Source: Candidatus Omnitrophota bacterium (GTDB lineage Bacteria; Omnitrophota; Gorgyraeia; Gygaellales; Profunditerraquicolaceae). Taken from it: a DNA stretch of 64,000 nt. Numbering within the stretch: position 1 is the stretch's first letter; each line of letters starts with the position of its first letter. The notes beneath the pieces are model-generated. The model did no database searches. It had not been told where the DNA came from and worked only from the letters and a program-made list of their open reading frames with translations. The translations under genes were made by a program, and so were the position numbers. Shown piece after piece: positions 10,056 through 19,927 of this stretch. The stretch covers positions 1,621 through 65,620 of the forward strand of contig JBFZAN010000075.1 in assembly GCA_041309005.1 (NCBI GenBank), in the 5' to 3' direction.

Positions 10056-11480
10056 ATGAACATCGTCAAATCATTGATTGCCGAGAATTCCGGTTATGAC
10101 GGTACAGCCGTTATTGAAGGCGATTCTATTATTACCTATCAGGAATTGTTTAGGCGGGTTACGGCCGCTGCAGATGAATTTTGTTCGAGGGGATTGCGCG
10201 AGAAGGCGTGCGTTGCTTTAATGCTGCGCGGAGGCATTGAATATATTATTGTCAATCTTGGGTTACTTTCCGCAGGCGCCGTGGTTATGCCGATACCGGA
10301 AAATTCTCCCGATGAAGAGGTAAAAGAAATTATCGCCATAACGCGGCCCGATGCGGTCATTATTTCAAGGGCACTTCCCGGAGTTGACGCTGAGCCGATA
10401 CTGGAAGGCGCGTTTCATAAAACTCTGCGTATTTTTTATCCCAGTCGCGCCAATAATCGGAGGCGGCAGTTTTTGAAGGACCAAGATGGCGCATTTATTC
10501 GTTTTTCATCGGGAACAACCGGTGCATGCAAAGGGGTCGTATTGTCTCACCGGGCAATTTTCGAGCGTACTGACGCCGCGGACCGTGCCTTACAAATACG
10601 CCGCAGCGACCGCATTTTATGGGTCTTATCCATGAGCTTTCACTTCGTAGTGACGATACTGTTGTTTTTGCGCCGGGGGGCAACGATTATCGCGTGCGAA
10701 GAAAATTTTCCCGATTCTGTGGCAGCGGCAGTTGGCCGGACAAAGCCGACTTTTATATACGCAGCGCCGTTTCATTACGATTCGCTCGCCAGTATGAAAG
10801 TTGTTACAAAGGAGGCTCTTGGCGGAGTGCGCCTTGCTATATCAACTGCCGTGGCGTTATCGCCTATTACGGCTAAGCGCTTCTATGATGTATTCGGGAT
10901 ACTGCCGTCTCAGGCCTATGGAATTATTGAAGTCGGGCTTGTGGCTGTGAATACCTCGCAAGACTTTTCCAAGGCGCTTTCCGTTGGCAAAGTATTGCCC
11001 GATTACCAGCTTAAATTCGCTAATATCAGAAATGATGGCGCTGGCCGGATCCTCCTGAAGGGCAAGGGCATATTTGATGCCTACCTTTATCCGCTGCGAA
11101 AAGCAGGCAAAATCTTCAGAAACGGCTGGTTTAATACCGGAGATATCGGCCGAATTGACCAAGACGGATACTTATATATTACCGGCCGTACAAAAAATAT
11201 CATAAATTTCTGCGGAATGAAGGTTTTTCCCGAGGAGGTCGAGGCTGTCTTGAATCGATATCCGCAGGTGAAAGAGTCGCGGGTGTATGGCGTAGGGCAC
11301 GCAGAATACGGGCAGCTTGTTTATGCCGATATTGTTCCTGAAGTAAAAACGATTAATATTGGATCGTTGCGCTTATTTTGTTACCGGGAGCTGGCTAAAT
11401 ATAAAGTCCCTAAATATTTTCAGGTAGTTTCCTCTTTACCAAAAACCAAGAGCGGAAAGATAAAACGTATTGTAGTTTAA
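10056..11480 (+). CDS. AMP-dependent synthetase/ligase (fatty acyl-AMP/ACP ligase type)
   Basis: AMP-binding motif FSSGTTGACKGVVLSH. Core motifs YGIIEVG, TGDIGRIDQDGYLYITGRTKN, and C-terminal Lys in PKTKSGKIKR. Confidence 0.8.
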   Translation: MNIVKSLIAENSGYDGTAVIEGDSIITYQELFRRVTAAADEFCSRGLREKACVALMLRGGIEYIIVNLGLLSAGAVVMPIPENSPDEEVKEIIAITRPDAVIISRALPGVDAEPILEGAFHKTLRIFYPSRANNRRRQFLKDQDGAFIRFSSGTTGACKGVVLSHRAIFERTDAADRALQIRRSDRILWVLSMSFHFVVTILLFLRRGATIIACEENFPDSVAAAVGRTKPTFIYAAPFHYDSLASMKVVTKEALGGVRLAISTAVALSPITAKRFYDVFGILPSQAYGIIEVGLVAVNTSQDFSKALSVGKVLPDYQLKFANIRNDGAGRILLKGKGIFDAYLYPLRKAGKIFRNGWFNTGDIGRIDQDGYLYITGRTKNIINFCGMKVFPEEVEAVLNRYPQVKESRVYGVGHAEYGQLVYADIVPEVKTINIGSLRLFCYRELAKYKVPKYFQVVSSLPKTKSGKIKRIVV

Positions 11481-11677
11481 GCGCGCTCTATTATCGGCAT
11501 GCCTAAAGAAAATTCCTTATATAAAAATAGGAAAACTTGTTAAATCTGATTTAAGAGAGCTTTATGACGATAAACAATCGGGTAACAACCAGGCTCGAAG
11601 TTAGCCTTGCAATAAAAGATAAATTGTTGTAACATATTGATATATCTACGGGAAAAAGAATCAATTTTGCAGAATCC

Positions 11678-11822
11678 CTGCCTCTCCGATTATTCCCTAT
11701 AATTGAACAGAGGCGGTCTTTAGCATATCCGATAACCCGAGACCTGCCTCTTCGATTATTCCCTATTATTGAATAGAGGCGGTCTTCAGCATATCAGATT
11801 ACCCGAGACCCGCTTCTGCGCT
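11678..11822. repeat. Tandem array of ~66-nt two-hairpin units (2 full + 1 degenerate), same family as 49535-49752
   Basis: Unit consensus c(t/a)gcctctccgat-loop-ttgaa(t/c)agag(g/a)cggtct-loop-cgagac. Unit boundaries 11678, 11744, 11810. Confidence 0.8.
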
Positions 11823-11864
11823 ATGTTTTTCAGGTGAACCCCGCTTGAGGAAAAAAGTTCTTGT

Positions 11865-13196
11865 ATGAAAGATTATTTCAACGTTTTCCTATACCGCTTC
11901 AGGACGGCAGATCCGGTACGGTTGGTAGTTGCGGGATATATGTCCTATATCTTTATAGGGTTTATCCTGTTGTGCCTTCCGTTTATGCACAAAAATTTCG
12001 TCCATCCCCTGGATAATCTTTTTATCGCCACTTCCGCAGTTTCTACAACCGGGCTAACAACGGTCACGGTGAGCAACGATTATAATTTCTGGGGACAGTT
12101 AGTCATTCTTGTCCTTATCCAGTTGGGCGGTATCGGGTACATGACTTTTAGTTCCTTTGTAATTTTATCTACCAAGAAATATCTTGATGACCACACAAAG
12201 AATATCGCTCATGTTGTATTCAGTATCCCCAAAAACTTCAAAATTGAGAAGTTTATTCTAAGTGTCATCGGATTTTCGGCCGTGGTTGAAATGCTGGGAG
12301 CAATAGGGTTATTTTTTGTATTTTGGCAGGCAGGAGTGGAGAATCCTTTTTGGAAGGCTATATTCCACAGTGTTTCGGCTTTTTGCACTGCCGGATTCAG
12401 CCTGTTTCCTAACAGCTTTGAAGGGTTTTCAAATAATTTCAGCCTTAATGCCATTATTTCTGTGTTGAGCATACTGGGCGCAATGGGATTTATTGTTTGC
12501 GTTGATGTTGTGCGGCTCATCCAGGGTAAAGAAAAGCACGTTACGTTGACTACAAAGGTCATTCTTTCAATAACATTTTGGCTCCTTTTGATCGGATCAG
12601 TGTTGATGTTCCTGACTGAAATCTACGGAGGCGGGGTTGCATCACAAAACAGAATAATGTATTCATTCTTTCAAGCTATGACGGCCCTTACAACAGTGGG
12701 ATTCAATACCATCACGGTCAGCACAATGTCTAAATCAGCTATTATGCTTATATGTATATTGATGATTATAGGTGCTTCGCCGGCAGGTACCGGTGGTGGG
12801 TTGAAGACTACCACATTTTCAGCAATCTGGGGATTAATGAAAAGCGCCATCAAGGGCAATAAAAGCGTGCGCATATTAGGAGCCACAGTACCGGATGACC
12901 GGGTTAGAACAGCTGTGGCAACTTTGAGTTTTTATATATCGACCTTGCTGGTCGGAACGTATCTGCTCACTTTGACGGAGAATGGCTCGTTTATCGATAT
13001 CTTTTTCGAAGCAGCTTCTGCTTTGGGAACTGTCGGCTTGAGCATGGGCATTACTGTGGCGTTGTCAGTATTGGGAAAACTTGTAATAATCATATTGATG
13101 TATATAGGTCGTGTCGGGCCTTTGACATTCGGCATGGCATTTTATGTGAAGCCTGAGCTTATATTTGATGACGAAAAAACTGATTTGGCGGTATAA
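11865..13196 (+). CDS. trkH: TrkH/KtrB-family potassium uptake membrane protein
   Basis: Repeated M1PM2 selectivity-filter-like motifs (TTGLTTVT, TAGFS, GASPAGTGGGLKTTTF, GTVGLSMG). Polytopic. Confidence 0.8.
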   Translation: MKDYFNVFLYRFRTADPVRLVVAGYMSYIFIGFILLCLPFMHKNFVHPLDNLFIATSAVSTTGLTTVTVSNDYNFWGQLVILVLIQLGGIGYMTFSSFVILSTKKYLDDHTKNIAHVVFSIPKNFKIEKFILSVIGFSAVVEMLGAIGLFFVFWQAGVENPFWKAIFHSVSAFCTAGFSLFPNSFEGFSNNFSLNAIISVLSILGAMGFIVCVDVVRLIQGKEKHVTLTTKVILSITFWLLLIGSVLMFLTEIYGGGVASQNRIMYSFFQAMTALTTVGFNTITVSTMSKSAIMLICILMIIGASPAGTGGGLKTTTFSAIWGLMKSAIKGNKSVRILGATVPDDRVRTAVATLSFYISTLLVGTYLLTLTENGSFIDIFFEAASALGTVGLSMGITVALSVLGKLVIIILMYIGRVGPLTFGMAFYVKPELIFDDEKTDLAV

Positions 13197-13286
13197 TGTA
13201 TGTATAAGCGCTCCCATACTACGCCTGCGGTAGAGTTTTATAAGCAGGCTTGTTTCAATAGTAGGGTCCGCTAAAAGCGAAAGGGT

Positions 13287-13874
13287 GTGTTAATGAAGAA
13301 TAAGGCGGTTTATATTATTGCAGGGCCGAACGGCTCAGGCAAGACCACTTTCGCTAGGTTATTCTTACCTGATTATGTGAATTGCCCTAATTTTGTAAAC
13401 GCTGACCTTATAGCGCAAGGATTGGCTCCATTTGAACCTCGAGCCGCCGCGATTAAAGCCGGCAAGCTTGTATTACAGCAAATCCATGAATATGCCAGGC
13501 GCGGTGTTGATTTTGCTTTCGAGACAACTTTATCGGGTAAATCATACGCAAATTTACTCATCGGGCTGGAAGAGAAAGGTTACGCGCTTCATCTCTTTTT
13601 TCTTTGGATTCCCAGCCCTGAACTGGCAATAGCCCGCATAAAAGACAGAGTTGCAGAAGGCGGACACAATGTCCCTGCTGAAGATGTGCGCAGGCGGTTT
13701 ACTCGCGGTATCCGTAATTTTTTAACCCTATATGAGCCATTATTTGATTCGTGGATGCTCTTTGATAATTCGAAAGCAAAGCCTGTATTGGTCGCGAAAA
13801 GACGAAATGGCCATCAAGAGGTGTTAAATAGCGAATTATTTGCGTTGGTTCAGAAAAGTCGAGGTACTAAATGA
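13287..13874 (+). CDS. Zeta-toxin-like / COG4185-type P-loop kinase
   Basis: Walker A GPNGSGKTT at N-terminus. ETTLSG and HLFFLWIPSPELAIARI motifs typical of the zeta toxin / predicted ABC-type kinase family. ~195 aa. Confidence 0.6.
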   Translation: MLMKNKAVYIIAGPNGSGKTTFARLFLPDYVNCPNFVNADLIAQGLAPFEPRAAAIKAGKLVLQQIHEYARRGVDFAFETTLSGKSYANLLIGLEEKGYALHLFFLWIPSPELAIARIKDRVAEGGHNVPAEDVRRRFTRGIRNFLTLYEPLFDSWMLFDNSKAKPVLVAKRRNGHQEVLNSELFALVQKSRGTK

Positions 13875-14023
13875 AAAAAAGGATGTCTTTGCAGGATAAA
13901 GCCGAAGCGGCATTAAAAAAAGCCGTGCGTGGCGTCGTTGAGCGGCATAAAAAAACAGGCCGACCGCTTGCGGTATGGGCGAATGGCAAGACCGTCCGCA
14001 TTTCGCCCAAAACGGTGAAATAG
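13871..14023 (+). CDS. Small basic protein (50 aa) translationally coupled to the zeta-like kinase; possible antitoxin-like partner
   Basis: ATGA overlap with the upstream stop. ORF MKKRMSLQDKAEAALKKAVRGVVERHKKTGRPLAVWANGKTVRISPKTVK. Below the ORF-track cutoff; found by reading the sequence. Confidence 0.3.
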   Translation: MKKRMSLQDKAEAALKKAVRGVVERHKKTGRPLAVWANGKTVRISPKTVK

Positions 14024-14069
14024 CAGCACTAAATGGCATTAATGCTATGAAAGAAACGCATAATCTAAG

Positions 14070-14831
14070 ATGAAACAATGGTACGAATCACTATTTGAGA
14101 ATTACTCCCGCAAATACGACGAGGAATGTTTTGTCCAAGGGACTATCGGGGAATGCGATTTCATCGAGCAAGAGATACATCGCGATAAAACCCTTAAGAT
14201 CGTCGATATCGGCTGCGGCACCGGCCGTCATGCGATTGAACTGACAAAGAGGGGATATAATGTGATCGGCGTTGACCTTTCCGAGAATCAGATCAAAAGA
14301 GCAAGGGAAAAGGCGCAAGAGGCAGGGGTGACCATCGACTTCCAAACACAAGATGCCCGCAATCTTCCGTTTGACGGTGAATTCGATCTGGCTATTATGC
14401 TATGCGAAGGCGGGTTTTCTCTTATGGAAACAGATGAGATGAAATTCGCGATCCTCAATAGCGCGGCCAGGGCTTTGAACGGTCAGGGGAAGCTTATTTT
14501 CACCACATTAAACGGATTGTTCCCGCTGTTTCATTCTGTCAGTGACTTCTATAAGTCGGCCGGGAAAGAAGGCCAGTCCCAGTGTAAGGAGTGCTCCTTT
14601 GATCTAATGACCTTCCGCGATCATAACACTGTTGTTTTTGAGGACGATTCCGGCAATAAAAGGGAGCTTAAGTGTAACGAGCGTTATTACGTGCCCAGCG
14701 AGATAACGTGGCTTTTGAAGACGCTTGGGTTCAAAAAGATCGATATCTTCGGCGCAAAACTTGGGGCGTACTCAAGAAACGATAAGCTGACTACGGAAGA
14801 TTTCGAAATGCTTGTTATTTCTCAAAAGTAG
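14070..14831 (+). CDS. Class I SAM-dependent methyltransferase
   Basis: Motif I VDIGCGTGRHAIEL. Post-I acidic residue (GVDLSE). Motif II/III region DLAIMLCEGGF. Confidence 0.75.
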   Translation: MKQWYESLFENYSRKYDEECFVQGTIGECDFIEQEIHRDKTLKIVDIGCGTGRHAIELTKRGYNVIGVDLSENQIKRAREKAQEAGVTIDFQTQDARNLPFDGEFDLAIMLCEGGFSLMETDEMKFAILNSAARALNGQGKLIFTTLNGLFPLFHSVSDFYKSAGKEGQSQCKECSFDLMTFRDHNTVVFEDDSGNKRELKCNERYYVPSEITWLLKTLGFKKIDIFGAKLGAYSRNDKLTTEDFEMLVISQK

Positions 14832-14863
14832 AGAGTATTTTCCTATTATTAAAAGGAGCCCCT

Positions 14864-15544
14864 ATGGCCAAAGCTTTTTTGAAACGGGACGTACCTGTGA
14901 AAAAACTTATATTCGCGTCGTCGCTGGTTCTCCTTGCATGCGCGTTCGCCTTTGCCCAGGACGGCCTTTCCGGCGTAGGCTTCACTGAAGAGGCGCTTTC
15001 TCCCGCTACGGACTTCAAAAGCTATGCCGGGCTCTATATCTATGGCATCGACGTGCGTGGGATGGTGGTGAAGATAACGGATACCGACGGCGATACCTAT
15101 GAAAGGTCCGCTCCCGATGATATCCTGTCCAACATCGCCCTCGACCTCGGCAAGGCTTTTTCCGCGGAGATTGGAAACGTGCTGCCGGTAGTGGAGCAGG
15201 AAGAGGAGATAGATGGGGCTAAGGAGTTAAAAGGGAAAAATGCCCTTATCCTGGACATCAAGCTCTCTTACGATCGCGCCACCGAAGACGTGGGCACTCT
15301 GACGCATGTGCTCCTTCGCAAAGAGCAGTCCGTTTCAGGCAAAGGCCTCACCATTGAATGCGTGTTCCGCGACGCCGATTCGAATAAGCCGGTGCTCAAG
15401 CTCACCCAGACGCAAGCCTTTGACGTCGAGAACAACGACCAGCCGTTCGCCGGAGAAAAAGACCAGGAAGCGCTCGGGAAGTTGATCGAGCTCTGGTCTT
15501 CGCGCGCCGCCCGCATCCTCGCTTCCAAGCGCGAAGCCCAATAG
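14864..15544 (+). CDS. Hypothetical secreted protein
   Basis: Signal peptide KKLIFASSLVLLACAFAFAQDG. Acidic. No recognisable domain. Confidence 0.4.
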   Translation: MAKAFLKRDVPVKKLIFASSLVLLACAFAFAQDGLSGVGFTEEALSPATDFKSYAGLYIYGIDVRGMVVKITDTDGDTYERSAPDDILSNIALDLGKAFSAEIGNVLPVVEQEEEIDGAKELKGKNALILDIKLSYDRATEDVGTLTHVLLRKEQSVSGKGLTIECVFRDADSNKPVLKLTQTQAFDVENNDQPFAGEKDQEALGKLIELWSSRAARILASKREAQ

Positions 15545-15596
15545 GCCTTGAGGCCGGGCAATGCGCCAGGGTTTAACGTTTTAAGAAGCCTCACAC

Positions 15597-18230
15597 ATGG
15601 AAGATCCAATAAAAAAGTTCCCGATTGAAGAAATATTGCGTGACGACGAAAAGCTCTGCCGCGGCTTGTTCGAGAACATGCTTAACGGCATGGCGTACTG
15701 CCGCATGGTTTTTGAGAATGACCGGCCGCGGGATTTTATTTATCTTGATGTCAACGCGGCCTTTGAGGCCCTGACCGGGCTTAAAGGCGTGGTGGGTAAG
15801 AAAGTGTCCGAGGTCATTCCGGGCATCCGCGAGGCGGATCCGGGGCTCTTGGAGATCTACGGCAGGGTGGCGCGGACCGGAAAGCCGGAAAAGTTCGAGG
15901 CCTACGTGCACGCGCTAAAGATGTGGTTTGCGGTTTCGGTCTATAGCCCCAAGAAAGACCATTTCGTGGCGGTCTTCGACGTGATCACCGACCAGAAGAA
16001 GGCGCAGCATGCGTTGCGCGCGAGCGAGGAGTTTTTCCGCAATACGTTCGAGCAGGCGGCGGTCGGCATGTCTATCCTTTCGCCCGACGGCAGCTGGGTG
16101 CGCGTCAACCAGAAGCTTTGCGATATGCTCGGTTATTCCCGCGACGAGCTGTTAAAGCTTAGCTTCCGGGATGTGACGTACCCGCAGGACCTTCCAGGCG
16201 ACCTGGAGCGCGTCCGTCAGATGGTGTCCGGTGAAAGGAGCAGCGATTCATGGGAGAAGCGCTATATTCGTAAGGACGGCCGGGTTTTCTGGGTGCGCAT
16301 CACGACCACCCTTTTTTCTTCGCAGGACGGCCTGACGAAATATTTTATCACCGCCGCTCAGGACATTTCAGAACGAAAGTACGCGCAAGAAGAGGCCCTT
16401 AAAAGCCATGCCCAGCTTTCTAACGCTCTTAAGATCGCGCAGCTTGGCCCGTGGGAATACGACGCCGCGAGCGACTTATTTACCTTTAACGACGCCTTTT
16501 ACGCGATATTCCGCACCACCGCCGATAAAGTCGGGGGGTATACGATGTCCCCCGCCGAATACGCGAAGCGCTTTGTGCACCCTGAAGATGCGTCCATAGT
16601 TGCCCGGGAAATGCGCCAGGCCATGGAAACTGCTGACCCTTATTTTAGCCGCCAGTTGGATCACCGCATTATCTATGCCAACGGAGAGGTTGGGTATATT
16701 ACGGTGCGCTATTTTGTCATTAAGGATAGTTCCGGAAAGACCATCAGGACCTACGGCGTAAACCAGGACATCACCGAGCGCAAGCTGGCCGAGGAAAGGA
16801 TCAAAGCTCTGGCAAAATTTCCGTCAGAGAATCCCAATCCCGTCTTGCGCGTTACCAGGGAAGGCAAGGTCATATACAGCAATAGGGCGGGCCTGGACAT
16901 ACTGGATAAATGGAACACCGAACTTGAAGGAGTCGTACCTGAGCGATGGCAACGGATAATCACCGGCGCGTTTAGCGAGCCCTCAAAAGAAGAAGACGAG
17001 GATGTTGGCGGCAGGATTTTCGCGTTTATAGTCCAGCCTGTGCCCGAGGGGGGCTATGCGAATTTATACGGCAGGGATATCACCGAACGTAAGAGTACGC
17101 AGGACGCCTTAAAAGAATCGGAAGAAAGATTCAGGGCGATATTCGATTATGCCAACGACGGCATCCTGGTTGCCGATGAATCCACCAGGAAGTTTGTCCT
17201 CGCCAACGCCACCATGTGCCGCATGCTGGGTTACAGCGAGGAAGAATTGCTGAGGATGGGGGTCAATGGCCTTCATCCCGAGCAAGACCTCCCCGCGGTC
17301 ATAGAGCAATTTGAAAGGCAGCGAAGAAGGGAGCAGGTCCTGGCCAAGGATACGCCGATGAAGAGAAAAGACGGCAGCGTTTTCTACGCCGATATCAGCG
17401 CCACGCCCTTCGTCATGAACGGCAAAAAGTGCCTCATGGGTATTTTCAGGGATATTACCGAGCGCAAAAAAGCCGAGGAAGAGCTGATGGCGGCTTACGA
17501 AGAGCTGAAAAAAACCCAGGCCCAGCTGATACAGAGCAACAAGATGTCGGCGCTCGGCCAGCTTGCGAGCGGCGTCGCCCACGAGCTCAATAATCCCTTG
17601 ACCGGCGTGCTTAATAACGTGCAGTTGATCAAGCTTGAGGCCGCCTCAAAACAGGCCTTTAGTCTCGATGACTTTAAAGAGCTTCTGGACATAGTTGAGA
17701 ATTCCGCCCTGCGCTGCAAAAAGATAGCCCAGTCGCTCCTTGACTTTACCCATATGTCGAAGGGCTCGCTTAGCCTCCTGTCCCTGAACGACATCTTCAC
17801 TAAAACGCTTGGTTTGATCTCCACTGAAATGAAACTGCGCAATATCGTGTTCCACGAGCAGCTGCAGCCTGACCTGCCTCAGGTCAGTGGGGACGCCCAG
17901 TTGCTGCAGCAGGTCATCTACGGTCTGATCATCAATGCCAAGTGGGCGATCGAAAAGAAATCGAAAGAGGGAGGGGACATTACCGTTAAAACGTGGCATG
18001 AGCCCGGCAAAAAATTGGTCGGGATGTCGGTTTCCGATACGGGTATCGGCATACCCGAGGAGAACCTCCCCAAGATATTTACTCCTTATTTTACCACTAA
18101 GGACGTCGGGGAAGGTACGGGCCTCGGCTTGGCGTTATTTTATAATATTATCAAAAACCATAACGGCGCCATGGCCGTCGAAAGCAAGCCCGGCTTCGGC
18201 GCCACGTTCACCGTCACCCTCCCCTGTTAA
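15597..18230 (+). CDS. Multi-PAS sensor histidine kinase (orphan, no adjacent response regulator)
   Basis: At least four PAS/PAC-like segments. HisKA H-box SALGQLASGVAHELNNPL. HATPase_c N/G1/G2 boxes (SDTGIGIP, GTGLGLA). Confidence 0.8.
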   Translation: MEDPIKKFPIEEILRDDEKLCRGLFENMLNGMAYCRMVFENDRPRDFIYLDVNAAFEALTGLKGVVGKKVSEVIPGIREADPGLLEIYGRVARTGKPEKFEAYVHALKMWFAVSVYSPKKDHFVAVFDVITDQKKAQHALRASEEFFRNTFEQAAVGMSILSPDGSWVRVNQKLCDMLGYSRDELLKLSFRDVTYPQDLPGDLERVRQMVSGERSSDSWEKRYIRKDGRVFWVRITTTLFSSQDGLTKYFITAAQDISERKYAQEEALKSHAQLSNALKIAQLGPWEYDAASDLFTFNDAFYAIFRTTADKVGGYTMSPAEYAKRFVHPEDASIVAREMRQAMETADPYFSRQLDHRIIYANGEVGYITVRYFVIKDSSGKTIRTYGVNQDITERKLAEERIKALAKFPSENPNPVLRVTREGKVIYSNRAGLDILDKWNTELEGVVPERWQRIITGAFSEPSKEEDEDVGGRIFAFIVQPVPEGGYANLYGRDITERKSTQDALKESEERFRAIFDYANDGILVADESTRKFVLANATMCRMLGYSEEELLRMGVNGLHPEQDLPAVIEQFERQRRREQVLAKDTPMKRKDGSVFYADISATPFVMNGKKCLMGIFRDITERKKAEEELMAAYEELKKTQAQLIQSNKMSALGQLASGVAHELNNPLTGVLNNVQLIKLEAASKQAFSLDDFKELLDIVENSALRCKKIAQSLLDFTHMSKGSLSLLSLNDIFTKTLGLISTEMKLRNIVFHEQLQPDLPQVSGDAQLLQQVIYGLIINAKWAIEKKSKEGGDITVKTWHEPGKKLVGMSVSDTGIGIPEENLPKIFTPYFTTKDVGEGTGLGLALFYNIIKNHNGAMAVESKPGFGATFTVTLPC

Positions 18231-18238
18231 TGGGGCAA

Positions 18239-18259
18239 TAATGGGGTCAGACCCCATTA
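18239..18259. repeat. Perfect 21-nt palindrome TAATGGGGTCAGACCCCATTA (copy 1 of 4), preceded by a partial copy taatggggca
   Basis: Read directly. Lies between the HK stop (18230) and the znuA start (18266). Confidence 0.9.
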
Positions 18260-18265
18260 ATCAGT

Positions 18266-19141
18266 ATGCAAATAAAACGCGTAACATTCATCACAACTAT
18301 TCTTCTTGCCGTCTCCTTATGCTGCGGCCTTGCGCGCGCCGAGGTGAAGGTCGTCACTTCATTCTACCCCATGTATATCATGGCAAAGAACGTTGCCAGG
18401 GACGTGCCCGGGGTTACGGTCCGCAACCTCACTCCGCCTTTTACCGGGTGTTTGCACGATTACACGCTCACCACCGAAGACATGAAAAAGCTCGCCGATG
18501 CCCGGGTGTTCGTGGCCAACGGCGCCGGCATGGAATCGTTCCTGGATAAGGTCATAGCTCAGTACCCGCGCCTGGTGGTCGTGCGGCTGTCCGAAGGCAT
18601 ACCCTTGGTCAAAGGAGAGGGCGATACCGGGGATAACCCCCATGTCTGGGTAAGCGTATCCAACGCGATCATCGAGGTCCGCAACCTCGGCATGGCGCTT
18701 GAAAAATTCGACCCCGCGCATAAGGAATTGTATCAAAAGAACGTTTCCGCCTATGTCGCGAAACTGCAAGTTCTGCGCGATACGATGCACGCCGAGCTCG
18801 CCGCCTACAAAGGCAGGGAGATCATTACGTTCCACGAAGCATTCCCCTATTTCGCGGAGGAGTTCGGCCTCCTGATCGCCGCGGTGGTGGAGCGGGAGCC
18901 GGGAAGCCAGCCAAACGCCAAAGAGCTCGCGGACACCATAAAGCTTATCAGGAAGTCAAATATTTCCGCGTTATTTACCGAGCCGCAGTATCCCGCTTCG
19001 GCGGCGCGGGTCATCGCCGATGAAACGGGCGCCGGGGTATACGTGCTTGACCCCGCGGTTACCGGCCCCGACGACTACGACGCCTATATCCATATAATGG
19101 AGAATAACTTACGCGTCTTAAAAGAAGCCCTGGCGCGATAA
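18266..19141 (+). CDS. znuA: Metal (Zn/Mn) ABC transporter substrate-binding protein, ZnuA/TroA family
   Basis: Signal peptide. Cluster 9 SBP features (HDYTLT, PHVWVS, ITFHEAFPYF). Acidic His-rich region absent. Confidence 0.7.
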   Translation: MQIKRVTFITTILLAVSLCCGLARAEVKVVTSFYPMYIMAKNVARDVPGVTVRNLTPPFTGCLHDYTLTTEDMKKLADARVFVANGAGMESFLDKVIAQYPRLVVVRLSEGIPLVKGEGDTGDNPHVWVSVSNAIIEVRNLGMALEKFDPAHKELYQKNVSAYVAKLQVLRDTMHAELAAYKGREIITFHEAFPYFAEEFGLLIAAVVEREPGSQPNAKELADTIKLIRKSNISALFTEPQYPASAARVIADETGAGVYVLDPAVTGPDDYDAYIHIMENNLRVLKEALAR

Positions 19142-19159
19142 TCAAGAAGGAGCGTTATT

Positions 19160-19926
<767 letters not shown>

Positions 19927-19927
<1 letters not shown>

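Noticed and set aside
11678-11822. Possible CRISPR array, from regularly spaced ~65-nt repeats at 11.7 kb and 49.6 kb
   Set aside because: The inter-repeat segments are themselves homologous between units (two-hairpin modules) rather than unique spacers. The period is ~65 nt with no 28-37-nt repeat/spacer alternation, and there are no cas genes anywhere in the window.
17935-18549. ORFs containing the peptide MGSDPI (17935-18549, 55872-56153, 60647-60883, 60805-61140)
   Set aside because: These are artefacts of the palindrome AATGGGGTC(A/T)GACCCCATT, which translates to MGSDPI on either strand. The ORFs span intergenic DNA or overlap real genes out of frame.
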